From Bacteroidales bacterium (GTDB taxonomy: Bacteria > Bacteroidota > Bacteroidia > Bacteroidales > UBA10428), in the NCBI GenBank assembly GCA_016933335.1, contig JAFGBD010000021.1:7665-71664 (forward strand): a stretch of DNA of 64,000 nucleotides, in the 5' to 3' direction. Each line of letters opens with the position of its first letter. Position 1 is the stretch's first letter. The notes under the pieces were generated by a model that ran no database searches, was not told the origin of the DNA, and worked only from the letters and a program-made list of their open reading frames with translations. Positions 37,478 to 46,512 of the stretch are shown here, piece by piece. The position numbers and the translations under genes are program-made.

Positions 37478-38359
37478 TTGATCCGGATTACTCAGTTTAT
37501 CATGTCATTAAATTTCTTTGTTTCGGATTTGCACGGAAAAACCGACCGGTATGAGAAACTCTTTCAAAAGATTCTTGAAGAAAGACCTGATGCAGTTTTT
37601 CTGGGCGGTGACCTTTTGCCTTCGGGAATAAAAAGTTTTACACACAGCGATGATACGGATTTTGTTCAAAGTACGCTTGTCAATGGATTTAATAATCTTA
37701 AGGAGAAGCTCAAAAATGATTTCCCGAGGATATTCATCATACTGGGTAACGATGACGGCCGTTCTGAAGAACAGGCTTTGATTGAAGCAGAATCAAAGGG
37801 TATCCTTGAATACATTCATAACAGGAAAGTGAATTTTGGTGAATATACCGTATACGGATACTCATACGTTCCTCCCACTCCGTTTCTATTGAAGGACTGG
37901 GAGCGTTATGATGTTTCAAGGTATGTTGATCCGGGCTGTGTTCCGCCTGAAGATGGATACCATACGGTTGGTTTTGATCCCGGTGATATCCTTTACAATA
38001 CCATTCAGAAGGACATTGAACTGCTGGTTGAAAAGGATGATTTATCCAGGGCGATTTTTCTTTTTCATGCACCTCCATACAAGACATATCTGGACAGGGC
38101 TGCACTTGATGATATGATAATAGATCACGTTCCCCTGGATGTGCATGTCGGAAGCACTGCCATTAAAAGATTTATTGAAGAAAAACAACCCCTTCTTACG
38201 TTACACGGGCATATTCATGAATCAGCCAGGTTAACGGGCAGATGGAATGACATCTTAAACAAGACATTTTTATTTTCTGCTGCACATGACGGACGGGAAC
38301 TTGCATTGATCAGGTTCAATCCTGACAAATTGATAGATGCCACACGTGAATTAATCTGA
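37478..38359 (+). CDS. calcineurin-like metallophosphoesterase
   Basis: The motifs appear in the canonical order: 'VSDLHG', 'GGDLLPSG', 'GNDD', 'LFHAPP', 'HGHIHE'. Confidence 0.8.
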   Translation: MIRITQFIMSLNFFVSDLHGKTDRYEKLFQKILEERPDAVFLGGDLLPSGIKSFTHSDDTDFVQSTLVNGFNNLKEKLKNDFPRIFIILGNDDGRSEEQALIEAESKGILEYIHNRKVNFGEYTVYGYSYVPPTPFLLKDWERYDVSRYVDPGCVPPEDGYHTVGFDPGDILYNTIQKDIELLVEKDDLSRAIFLFHAPPYKTYLDRAALDDMIIDHVPLDVHVGSTAIKRFIEEKQPLLTLHGHIHESARLTGRWNDILNKTFLFSAAHDGRELALIRFNPDKLIDATRELI

Positions 38360-38371
38360 AACCGGTAACAT

Positions 38372-41300
38372 CTAACTTGTTTTCCTCATCATCAGAGGAA
38401 GCGCTCCTTCACTTACTGCACCGATCTTGATTGCATAACTGGTGCGGTTTTTAATATCTTCATCTGTTACAATATGGATATCCAGCAATTTTTCAGTTCT
38501 TGAGCCGGTTCGCAGATAATTTATTCTGCCCAGGCAAAAACTCCATCCTTCCATCCATAGAAGCAATTCACTGCGCTGATTTTCATTCCCCCGAAAATGT
38601 ATAAGCAGGTCAATATCGCTGCCAGGTCCGGCTGTCGCATTCTGAACACTCCCGAAAACATAAAAACCAACGACTCCGAACCTTTCAGGATCGATTTTAG
38701 ATGCGATATGCTCTGCATAGCTCAACCTCCAGCGCCAATGAAAATCAGGGCTTTCCATATTAAACATGTCGGCCTTAAAAACACCGAAACTGCTCTCCGG
38801 AACTGAATCGGAAAGTATTGCAAATGCACGTTCTTCTTCAGCGTTCATCAATACATGCAATAAGTTGCCATGCGAGCTTGACGGAACATCAATCACTTTT
38901 ACCACTTCAGAAAATGAATCATAATCAGGAAGCATCTCGCCCAGCCTGTTTTTCGACTCAGAAAAAAAAGGCTCATTATAGTACACACCTTTATCATCAG
39001 GATAAAGTGGTAAATATCGGATATCCGATTCCACAAGATCCTGAAAAAAGTGCGTTCCCAGTGAAGGTTGCGGCATATAGTTTTTCTGTCTCCTGGCAAT
39101 TTCTATCAGCATGGCTGTATTGTTGATATCAGAATAAGCCACACTAACGCCGAGCTTTATGTCTCCCCGGCTACCCCAACGGCCCGGCCCCATCAGAATA
39201 AACTTCCGTTTGGGCAATATTTTGTTCAGACTGCTGACAATCTTTCCGATGGATGCAAGTTTTTCATAACTTTTCAGCTCACTGTATTTTAAAGGATCAA
39301 TATACACGATATGCGAAATATTTGAAACAGTTCCGTTGGAAATAAACCTGTCAGCTGAAAAGAGTATCTTATCTTCAGGCAGATTATGTGGGATGGCAGC
39401 CGGCATACCGGTAATGCTGTAACTTTGAGGCCTGCACTGAAGAAGGAAAAAATCATCACCGTTGTGCGCAAACTCTATATCAACAGGACATCCATATTCT
39501 TTTTCCAGCATATTCAAAACAGAATGTATCTGTGTTGCAAAATCAGTATTATTTATCAATCCGTCAAATGTCACCACATAATGATTTTTTTCAAAATCAA
39601 TTGTAATCTTCTGTGGCTGTTGAATAAAATCTTCGGTAAGTTGTGAAACCAGGAGGTGGATATTGGGATAATCCCTGCCCGATTCTTTTAAAAGATGCAG
39701 CATTTCAATCGTTTCAAAAGTCCGCTTTTCAAGGTTTATTACATCAATTTTTTTCGGCGAATATCTGATAATTTCATCAATTGCAACGTTTACGCGCAAT
39801 TTAGGCTGTCCCGGAGCGATAAGTATCGGATAATCATCGCTTAACCTGTCAACCGCACGGGTACCAAGTCCGGGTACCATCCTTGTCAGTCCGTCTTCTT
39901 TCCTGATACGGTTCGACCATCTGAAATCATTATGGCTGAATGCAACCCCCGAAAATGCAGGCAGAAAATATTTGCCAATGCGCTTTCCGACAACCTCCTG
40001 TAACAGTATTCCCATTTCTTCATGGTAATCTGACAATCCATGTTCTTTGCGGTATTCAATGGGATCGGGCCCGAAAACCGAAGCATAAACTTCGGCAATG
40101 GCATCCAATACCTCAACCAGCCTTTCTTCTTTTGATCCCTGGTTGGCAATAAACAGACTTTTATATTTACCGGCAAATGCCGTTTTCATCCTGTCTTCAA
40201 GCAGACTTGAACTTCTGATAATCAAAGGTGTTTCGCCAAAATCGTCCAGGGCAAGTGATATTTCTTTGATCATTTCAGGACCAAAAGGAGAATTTTTAAA
40301 AACATGTATGACATAGGGATATTCATTTTTTACCTGATCGATGTCCTTATGTATCTGTTCCATGATATCCTCAAGATCATTTCTTTTCATAAAGCTCAGG
40401 ATGGCATCAGAAGTGATATACCATGTTTTCGGAACTTTTATCCGGCTAAAAAATGGATTTTCACCGGCAGACTTCCATAAAATATGGCTGGATAAAAACA
40501 AACCTGAGCTTTTACCCCCTAACTTCCCAAAACTGCCAACCGGCGAAATGATTTGTTTAAGCAGTGTGTAAAAATCTTTTAAATCAATGAACTTTTTTGC
40601 GATGTTGATAAAATCAGGCTGGTCTATCAGCAACCTTCGTATGAGGGCAATTTTGACACTTTTCTCTCTTGATGGTGAAATTTCCAGCCCATGAGAAGAC
40701 AGGTAATAAAACCGTTCAATGGCACTGCTGATTTCTGATAATGAAGATCCCGTGCTTTCAAGAATATTGACCAGAAAACCAGACCTGTCTTCTTTAATCC
40801 ATTTATGGATGCTGTCTATGATTTCCTTTTCATCAAGGTATTTACAGGCCAGTTTAAAAATATCGTAACTTGCTGATATCAGATCATTTGCAGTGGTCTC
40901 CTGATACGGACGGTTATCTCCCTCCTTTAAAAGCTCTATTTTATCCCTGTATGAAGGGGTAAAAGATTCAAATAAGCTTTCAGCCTCCTTTGTGCCGCTC
41001 CAGCACAGATAGTTGATCATTCTTCTTGAAATACGGATAAGCAACTTTGGATTTGTTCCTTTGAGCATTTCAAAAATCGTATGCCATTCAGGTTTTGTTT
41101 CTTTAATAAAATGACCTCCGTTCTCAAAAACTGCTTTCAATTGTCCATGCAAAAGATAAGACCCGATTTGCTCTGCAATGGTATTGATCAGTTTCTGTTC
41201 CTCTTTCAAAAACGGGCCCTTGTATTCTGTCGGTCTTTTTTCGACATAATATACTGACAAGTTCCCGGCCACTTCATCCTGAACAACGATATCAGATAGC

Positions 41301-41545
41301 AGCGCCCATTTTGATTTTTTGAAATCCCCGGAATTAAAAACTTTATCCCGGTAAACCAGCTGTACCTTGCATATATCCGGATACTGCCATCCCTGTGGAA
41401 GGATCTTCACAATTTCACTGAATATCTCATCAATGCTTCTTTCCTTATCATTTAACAGTTCCTGTACCTCATATAAGCAGCTTAATTCTTTGGCTCTTTC
41501 CTTCAGTTCCCTGGTAAGATTATTTACACTTCTTTTTGCACTCAT
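38372..41545 (-). CDS. multidomain protein: 'ELSCLY/WQYP' sensor-like N-terminus + PPDK_N (PEP/pyruvate-binding, ATP-grasp) domain + 'GRWG..GTHFF' module + pol-beta nucleotidyltransferase domain
   Basis: PPDK_N blocks 'GKLGGKSSGL', 'LIIRSSSLLEDRMKTAFAGKYKS', 'MGILLQEVVG' and 'VPGLGTRAVD'. C-terminal NTase motif 'FGSVQNATAGPGSDIDLLIHF' (GS..DxD). The ATGA start overlaps the upstream paralog's stop. Confidence 0.8.
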   Translation of the reverse strand: MSAKRSVNNLTRELKERAKELSCLYEVQELLNDKERSIDEIFSEIVKILPQGWQYPDICKVQLVYRDKVFNSGDFKKSKWALLSDIVVQDEVAGNLSVYYVEKRPTEYKGPFLKEEQKLINTIAEQIGSYLLHGQLKAVFENGGHFIKETKPEWHTIFEMLKGTNPKLLIRISRRMINYLCWSGTKEAESLFESFTPSYRDKIELLKEGDNRPYQETTANDLISASYDIFKLACKYLDEKEIIDSIHKWIKEDRSGFLVNILESTGSSLSEISSAIERFYYLSSHGLEISPSREKSVKIALIRRLLIDQPDFINIAKKFIDLKDFYTLLKQIISPVGSFGKLGGKSSGLFLSSHILWKSAGENPFFSRIKVPKTWYITSDAILSFMKRNDLEDIMEQIHKDIDQVKNEYPYVIHVFKNSPFGPEMIKEISLALDDFGETPLIIRSSSLLEDRMKTAFAGKYKSLFIANQGSKEERLVEVLDAIAEVYASVFGPDPIEYRKEHGLSDYHEEMGILLQEVVGKRIGKYFLPAFSGVAFSHNDFRWSNRIRKEDGLTRMVPGLGTRAVDRLSDDYPILIAPGQPKLRVNVAIDEIIRYSPKKIDVINLEKRTFETIEMLHLLKESGRDYPNIHLLVSQLTEDFIQQPQKITIDFEKNHYVVTFDGLINNTDFATQIHSVLNMLEKEYGCPVDIEFAHNGDDFFLLQCRPQSYSITGMPAAIPHNLPEDKILFSADRFISNGTVSNISHIVYIDPLKYSELKSYEKLASIGKIVSSLNKILPKRKFILMGPGRWGSRGDIKLGVSVAYSDINNTAMLIEIARRQKNYMPQPSLGTHFFQDLVESDIRYLPLYPDDKGVYYNEPFFSESKNRLGEMLPDYDSFSEVVKVIDVPSSSHGNLLHVLMNAEEERAFAILSDSVPESSFGVFKADMFNMESPDFHWRWRLSYAEHIASKIDPERFGVVGFYVFGSVQNATAGPGSDIDLLIHFRGNENQRSELLLWMEGWSFCLGRINYLRTGSRTEKLLDIHIVTDEDIKNRTSYAIKIGAVSEGALPLMMRKTS

Positions 41546-43287
41546 TTTTCTATTGGTTTTAATACCTCTCCCCTTCCTGTTCTTCCGTCAGCCTTTATCA
41601 GTAATTTGCCTTTGGTCCGGATGTGTTTGGTATATTTCATTTCTTCAACAACGATCTGATTGCTCAGCCAGCACCTGTCAAATATGATTTCTGTTCCTGC
41701 CGGTAATGAAAAATAAATCACCCTGAAACTTGTTAAATTATGAAAAAAATGAGATCCCTGGCTCATTTCAACATTTGCAGATCTAACAGATACTTCAACA
41801 ATTACTTTCACTCCCGATATCTGTTGCCATCGTACCGGTATGCCTGCGGCCGGATCAGAAGTACCCCATCTTCCGTAACCAATCATCAGGTATGGACGGT
41901 TTTCATTTACCAGTTTTCTGTTAAACATTTCAACCTCGGAAGCCACCTGGTAAGATATTTTTGCATCAGGATTCGGTATATCTGCATAAACAATATCTGT
42001 TATATTATCAATCATTCCATTGCCAAGGACAGTGCCGGATGATATAAATATCCTGTCTCCTGCGGCTTCTTCTGCCGGATTATCTGTTGCATCTTCAAAA
42101 ACCCTAACAGGCCTTAACTGTAAAAATCCGAACCGTTGAACATCATGTGATAAAGTTACGGCAAATTCTATCTCAACAGGACTTTTTACTGCATTTTCAC
42201 AGACATGAAGAACGGTTTTTATTAACTTGTTCAATGGAAAACTCTCAGCAACAAGAACAGGCGCGAAATTGAGAACACGGGGGCCGTTTCCGCTTAAACC
42301 AGTCCAGAACCTGTCAGAGTCAACATCGTATGTTGAGACAAGATGCCGTAATGTGCCATCTTCTTCTGCATACGACAGGTTTTTCTGAACCATGTATTCG
42401 GTTTCACTGACAGGATCATATTCCGGCGGGGCTCCCATATTTACTGCCCAGAATTCAGTCTGCGTATTCTTTATCATGTCATCTGAAGAATTAAACGGAG
42501 GACCTGATTTCGGGTATTCAGGTGAATACGACCATGAGAAGCCACCGTCAACAATTGTCTTACCCAGTCCAAGCGCCAGGTTTACAACACCATCTTCAGG
42601 TTTTGAATGACCGGTCGGATAGTAATTATATGAACGGGCAACACCGGATATTTCAGGATAAAACCTGTCTTCATATCTTGAACCGGCAATTTCCTGAATG
42701 ATAACTGCCATTTTCTCATCTTCCGTTTTATATTTTGTCGTATGAATATAGTCTTTGGCTGCCCTGAAATATGTTGAAGCATAAACATACTTGATCGCTT
42801 CGGTGAGCTTTCTGAACCTTGTATCAACATCATGCTGGTTATTGGGAGTCATCTTTGTTCCGTATATGCCGGCAAAAGGCATAGATAAAGAATCCTCAAG
42901 CAGGCTGGAAGATCGGATTGCCAGAGGACTGTGTATCCCGGAGATAAAAGTTCGCAAAACACCAAGAATTCTGAACGGCAGGTTTGCCTTCTGAAATGAA
43001 AGAGCTATCATGTCATCCGAAGCATCTGACAATGCGGTTTCATAGAGGTTGTTTTCCTGCATAAATGAATCGAAGACATCAGTAAGGATTACAACCATCT
43101 TAGGTATGCATATTTCAATACTTTGAAAATCAGAAGTATTGATTTCCGACCTCAGGATATCGCTGATGGAGACCAGGCCGCTGGCTTTTCCTCCCAATGA
43201 TCCTGTACCAATAAAACTTATTGACCTGTCTGATTCAAAAAAGTCTTCATCAAACGAAGAAATATCTTTGAAAATAAAATCGACCAT
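41542..43287 (-). CDS. PPDK_N (PEP/pyruvate-binding, ATP-grasp) domain protein with a 'GRWG..GSHFF' C-terminal module
   Basis: 'GTGSLGGKASGL', 'LAIRSSSLLEDSLSMPFAGIYGT', 'MAVIIQEIAG' and 'LALGLGKTIVDG'. The C-terminal 'MIGYGRWGTSDP...SQGSHFFHNL' is paralogous to the downstream gene. Confidence 0.8.
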   Translation of the reverse strand: MVDFIFKDISSFDEDFFESDRSISFIGTGSLGGKASGLVSISDILRSEINTSDFQSIEICIPKMVVILTDVFDSFMQENNLYETALSDASDDMIALSFQKANLPFRILGVLRTFISGIHSPLAIRSSSLLEDSLSMPFAGIYGTKMTPNNQHDVDTRFRKLTEAIKYVYASTYFRAAKDYIHTTKYKTEDEKMAVIIQEIAGSRYEDRFYPEISGVARSYNYYPTGHSKPEDGVVNLALGLGKTIVDGGFSWSYSPEYPKSGPPFNSSDDMIKNTQTEFWAVNMGAPPEYDPVSETEYMVQKNLSYAEEDGTLRHLVSTYDVDSDRFWTGLSGNGPRVLNFAPVLVAESFPLNKLIKTVLHVCENAVKSPVEIEFAVTLSHDVQRFGFLQLRPVRVFEDATDNPAEEAAGDRIFISSGTVLGNGMIDNITDIVYADIPNPDAKISYQVASEVEMFNRKLVNENRPYLMIGYGRWGTSDPAAGIPVRWQQISGVKVIVEVSVRSANVEMSQGSHFFHNLTSFRVIYFSLPAGTEIIFDRCWLSNQIVVEEMKYTKHIRTKGKLLIKADGRTGRGEVLKPIEK

Positions 43288-43322
43288 CCATTATAAACAG
43301 ATTGATGGTAAAAATGATCTTT

Positions 43323-44609
43323 TTAAACCCATCCACGGTCGCGACATGCCTGGACCACACGATTCACGGAAATGACATAGGCAGCATCCCTCATGCCCAT
43401 TTTATTTGTCCTGGCAAAATCACTTACAGCCAGATAGGCAGATGTCATTTTCATATCAAGCTTCCCGAGAACCTCATCCTTTTCCCAGAAATAATTCATG
43501 TTACATTGCACCTGTTCAAAGTAACTGCATACAACGCCACCTGCATTTGCAAGAAAATCAGGTATTACATGTATATTACCCTTTTGAATGATTTCATCTG
43601 CTTCACGTGTTGTTGGTCCGTTTGCACCTTCTGCAAGTATCTTTACCCTTTTGCTAATCTTCTCTGTATTATCAGCCCTGATCTGATTTTCAAGGGCAGC
43701 AGGAACCAAAATGTCTACATCCTGTTCTATCCAGGCATCACCTGGCAATACCTCATAACCCAAATCCCGGGCTTTTGATTTGTCAATTCCGCCAAAAGAA
43801 TCTGTTATTTTAGTTAATTCATCAAGATCAATGCCGTCTTTTTTTCTGAACGAATAACTGGTTTTATCTTCTTCATCCCATGAAGATACACAAATTACCC
43901 TGCCTCCCATTTTATGGTACAATTCGATGGCGTATTTTGCAACATTACCAAATCCCTGAATGCTTGCCACGGTATTTTCCGGTTTGATTTTCTGTTCTTT
44001 TAAAGCTTCACGAACCGTAATCATCACGCCATACCCTGTTGCTTCGGTTCTTCCCCTGGAACCTCCCATACCAACCGGTTTACCGGTAATAAAGCCGGGA
44101 AGCTTTTCCCCGCATATCAATTCATATTCATCAAGCATCCATAGCATGTGTTGCGGATTTGTCATAACATCCGGCGCAGGAATATCAATATTCGGCCCGA
44201 CATTTTTTACTATCTGACGTACCCATCCGCGACAAATATGTTCCTGTTCAGATTTACTCAGATGATGCGGATCGCATATAACTCCTCCCTTTCCTCCGCC
44301 AAGCGGAATATCTGCAACCGAAGTTTTCCAGGTCATCCACATAGACAAAGCTCTGACAGTATCTATCGTCTCCATTGGGTGAAAACGGATACCACCTTTG
44401 GCCGGACCTCTTGCATCGTTATGCTGAACACGGAACCCCCGGAAAATTTTAACACTCCCGTCATCCATCCTGATAGGAATGGAAAAATGATATTCCCTTA
44501 CAGGATTTCTTAAAAGATCTCTTTCGGCCTGATTTAGTTCCAGCAAATCAGCAGCATGATCAAATTGTTTTTGAGCAGTATCAAAAGGGTTGTATGTTTT
44601 CTCATTCAT
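43323..44609 (-). CDS. gdhA: glutamate dehydrogenase (Glu/Leu/Phe/Val dehydrogenase family)
   Basis: 428 aa. Catalytic-lysine block 'PLGGGKGGVICDP', Rossmann motif 'IQGFGNVA', and 'ANAGGV' near the C-terminus. Confidence 0.95.
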   Translation of the reverse strand: MNEKTYNPFDTAQKQFDHAADLLELNQAERDLLRNPVREYHFSIPIRMDDGSVKIFRGFRVQHNDARGPAKGGIRFHPMETIDTVRALSMWMTWKTSVADIPLGGGKGGVICDPHHLSKSEQEHICRGWVRQIVKNVGPNIDIPAPDVMTNPQHMLWMLDEYELICGEKLPGFITGKPVGMGGSRGRTEATGYGVMITVREALKEQKIKPENTVASIQGFGNVAKYAIELYHKMGGRVICVSSWDEEDKTSYSFRKKDGIDLDELTKITDSFGGIDKSKARDLGYEVLPGDAWIEQDVDILVPAALENQIRADNTEKISKRVKILAEGANGPTTREADEIIQKGNIHVIPDFLANAGGVVCSYFEQVQCNMNYFWEKDEVLGKLDMKMTSAYLAVSDFARTNKMGMRDAAYVISVNRVVQACRDRGWV

Positions 44610-44952
44610 AAGCTTATGAAAATTAAACTAATATGTAATATGTTGAATACAATCAGAAGAAATGGTCCTGGTTAAGAAAAGTATCAGCAGTTGGAATTTT
44701 ATGAATCCTGATAATCCTGTTCATCAGATTTTAATTAATGCAAATATAAAAATTTTTTTTATGCCATAAATGACATAAAATATGCCGGTGCATGATGTAT
44801 TAATACCCGCATACAATACCGGTACAATCACAGGTATGAAACACCAAAGCAGTTTTTTTGAATCATTTCCCATAGCAAACCAGTTACATGGAAGAATATA
44901 GCTGTTTGATCAAATTAAAGGTTATATTACTCACGGCATAAGTGTTTACTGG

Positions 44953-44960
44953 TATCTTTG
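44953..44960 (+). promoter_or_regulatory. Bacteroidetes -7 box TATCTTTG
   Basis: Matches TAnnTTTG 44 nt upstream of the ATG at 45004. Confidence 0.35.
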
Positions 44961-45003
44961 TATTGTTATCCGTTAAAAAGTCTTATTATTGCTTTTCCTG
45001 TCT

Positions 45004-46410
45004 ATGAAAGAAAAACAAAAAAAACGACTTTGGCTGGCCTTCATACCAATGCTGGTCTTAAACCTGATATTAAAAGGCAATACCGAGTATAAGCCCGCTG
45101 TATATCCTGAACATGAGACTGATACTCCTGATTTTTGTATGACCGGTTATGCCACTGTTGAGGCAGAGGGACTGTTAACCACGACAGGAGGTGAAGGCGG
45201 AACAACCGATACGGTTTCCACACTTGATGAATTGCAGGCATTTGCCAAATCCAGGGAAAAAAACACATCACCGGGGATATTGTACATCAAAGGAAAGATC
45301 GAAAGCCAGGAAAGTCTTACTGTTTCGATCAAGCACGGTGCCAATGTTTCTGTCATCGGACTCGGCAGTGATGCAGAATTAAAAAATGTCGGACTGAATA
45401 TCTGGGATTATACCAATGTCATAGTCAGAAATCTCACCATACATGAAGTCCTTTACCCCGACGATGCCATTACCATTGACGAATGTCACCATGTCTGGAT
45501 TGACCATTGTGAACTTTACAGCAAAATCGGCGAAGGTATTGATGTGGATACTTATGACGGACTTCTTGATATCAAGAACGGTTCCAGATATGTTACACTG
45601 TCCTGGAATTACCTTCATGATCACATGAAATGCTCACTTATCGGGCATTCAGACGGCTCAAGTCATGAAGCCACCGACTCTCAGTTCAGGATAACATTTC
45701 ATCATAATTATTTCCGTTTCACCGACGGCCGTAATCCAAGTCTTCGTTTCGGGGCTCTGCATATGTTCAATAATTACCTTGAGAATATCACCGATTACGG
45801 TATTGCAATCCGTCAGGCAGGCCATGCAAAGCTTGAAAACAACCACTTCGAAAGTGTAAACATACCGGTTACAACAAATAAATTTGACGGACCGGAAGGT
45901 TATGCCTGCCTGTCAGGCAATATCTATACCGGTACCTGCTCGGCTGATGATAATTCAATCACCCAGACTGATTGTGATTTCTGGAATGATCTGCCTTATT
46001 CCTATACGCTTGATTCAGCCAATCATGTGGCAATGCTGGCAAAGCTTTTTGCAGGTGCCGGAGTGCTCGACACCATCAAAGCAGCCGGTCCTGATACAAA
46101 TGGAATAACTGTTGGTGAAAAGGAAATTATCGTGCCCGTATCAACACGGAAATTCAGTGTTTCACTGCCCTACCCTAATCCCGTGCATAGCATGTTCAAC
46201 ATTGATATTTTCGTCCCCGGGACCGGCCTGGTTGATATGCTGGTTACCGATATAAGCGGCCTGTTTTTGCAATCACTGCCTCCTGTAATGCTATCCGAGG
46301 GGAAAAATACCATTCAGATTACAAGAGGCAACCTGAAGGCCGGGATGTATTTTTATGTCTTTGAATTTCACGGTAACAAGTTCCTGAGAAAAGTTGTCGT
46401 CATTGACTAA
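45004..46410 (+). CDS. pectate lyase (PL1 family) with a T9SS C-terminal sorting domain
   Basis: 'VWIDHCELY', 'DGLLDIKNGSRYVTLSWNY' and 'GRNPSLRFGALHMFNNY' are PL1 blocks. The final ~80 aa ('SLPYPNPVHSMFNI...GMYFYVFEF..KFLRKVVVID') look like a type A Por/T9SS tail. I preferred the ATG at 45004 over the TTG at 44989. Confidence 0.85.
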   Translation: MKEKQKKRLWLAFIPMLVLNLILKGNTEYKPAVYPEHETDTPDFCMTGYATVEAEGLLTTTGGEGGTTDTVSTLDELQAFAKSREKNTSPGILYIKGKIESQESLTVSIKHGANVSVIGLGSDAELKNVGLNIWDYTNVIVRNLTIHEVLYPDDAITIDECHHVWIDHCELYSKIGEGIDVDTYDGLLDIKNGSRYVTLSWNYLHDHMKCSLIGHSDGSSHEATDSQFRITFHHNYFRFTDGRNPSLRFGALHMFNNYLENITDYGIAIRQAGHAKLENNHFESVNIPVTTNKFDGPEGYACLSGNIYTGTCSADDNSITQTDCDFWNDLPYSYTLDSANHVAMLAKLFAGAGVLDTIKAAGPDTNGITVGEKEIIVPVSTRKFSVSLPYPNPVHSMFNIDIFVPGTGLVDMLVTDISGLFLQSLPPVMLSEGKNTIQITRGNLKAGMYFYVFEFHGNKFLRKVVVID

Positions 46411-46468
46411 ACAAAGTCTCACCCTGCCGGAAAACCGTCATTCCCGGATATTTTCAGACTGTATTTGT

Positions 46469-46476
46469 TAAATTTG
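46469..46476 (+). promoter_or_regulatory. Bacteroidetes -7 box TAAATTTG
   Basis: Matches TAnnTTTG 37 nt upstream of the trehalase ATG. Confidence 0.35.
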
Positions 46477-46512
46477 CATTCACATTGAATATTTTATTAT
46501 ATTCTGCCAGTT

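Noticed and set aside
37737-38105. 122-aa ORF antisense to the metallophosphoesterase gene (and similar antisense ORFs inside rnr, gcvP, the RND pump and the PPDK_N genes)
   Set aside because: All of them lie within, and opposite to, genes that have clear family motifs. They are treated as non-coding.
43302-43778. 158-aa ORF on the plus strand
   Set aside because: It lies entirely antisense to the well-supported gdhA gene. Its composition is Cys/His/Phe-rich and low in complexity, typical of a shadow ORF.
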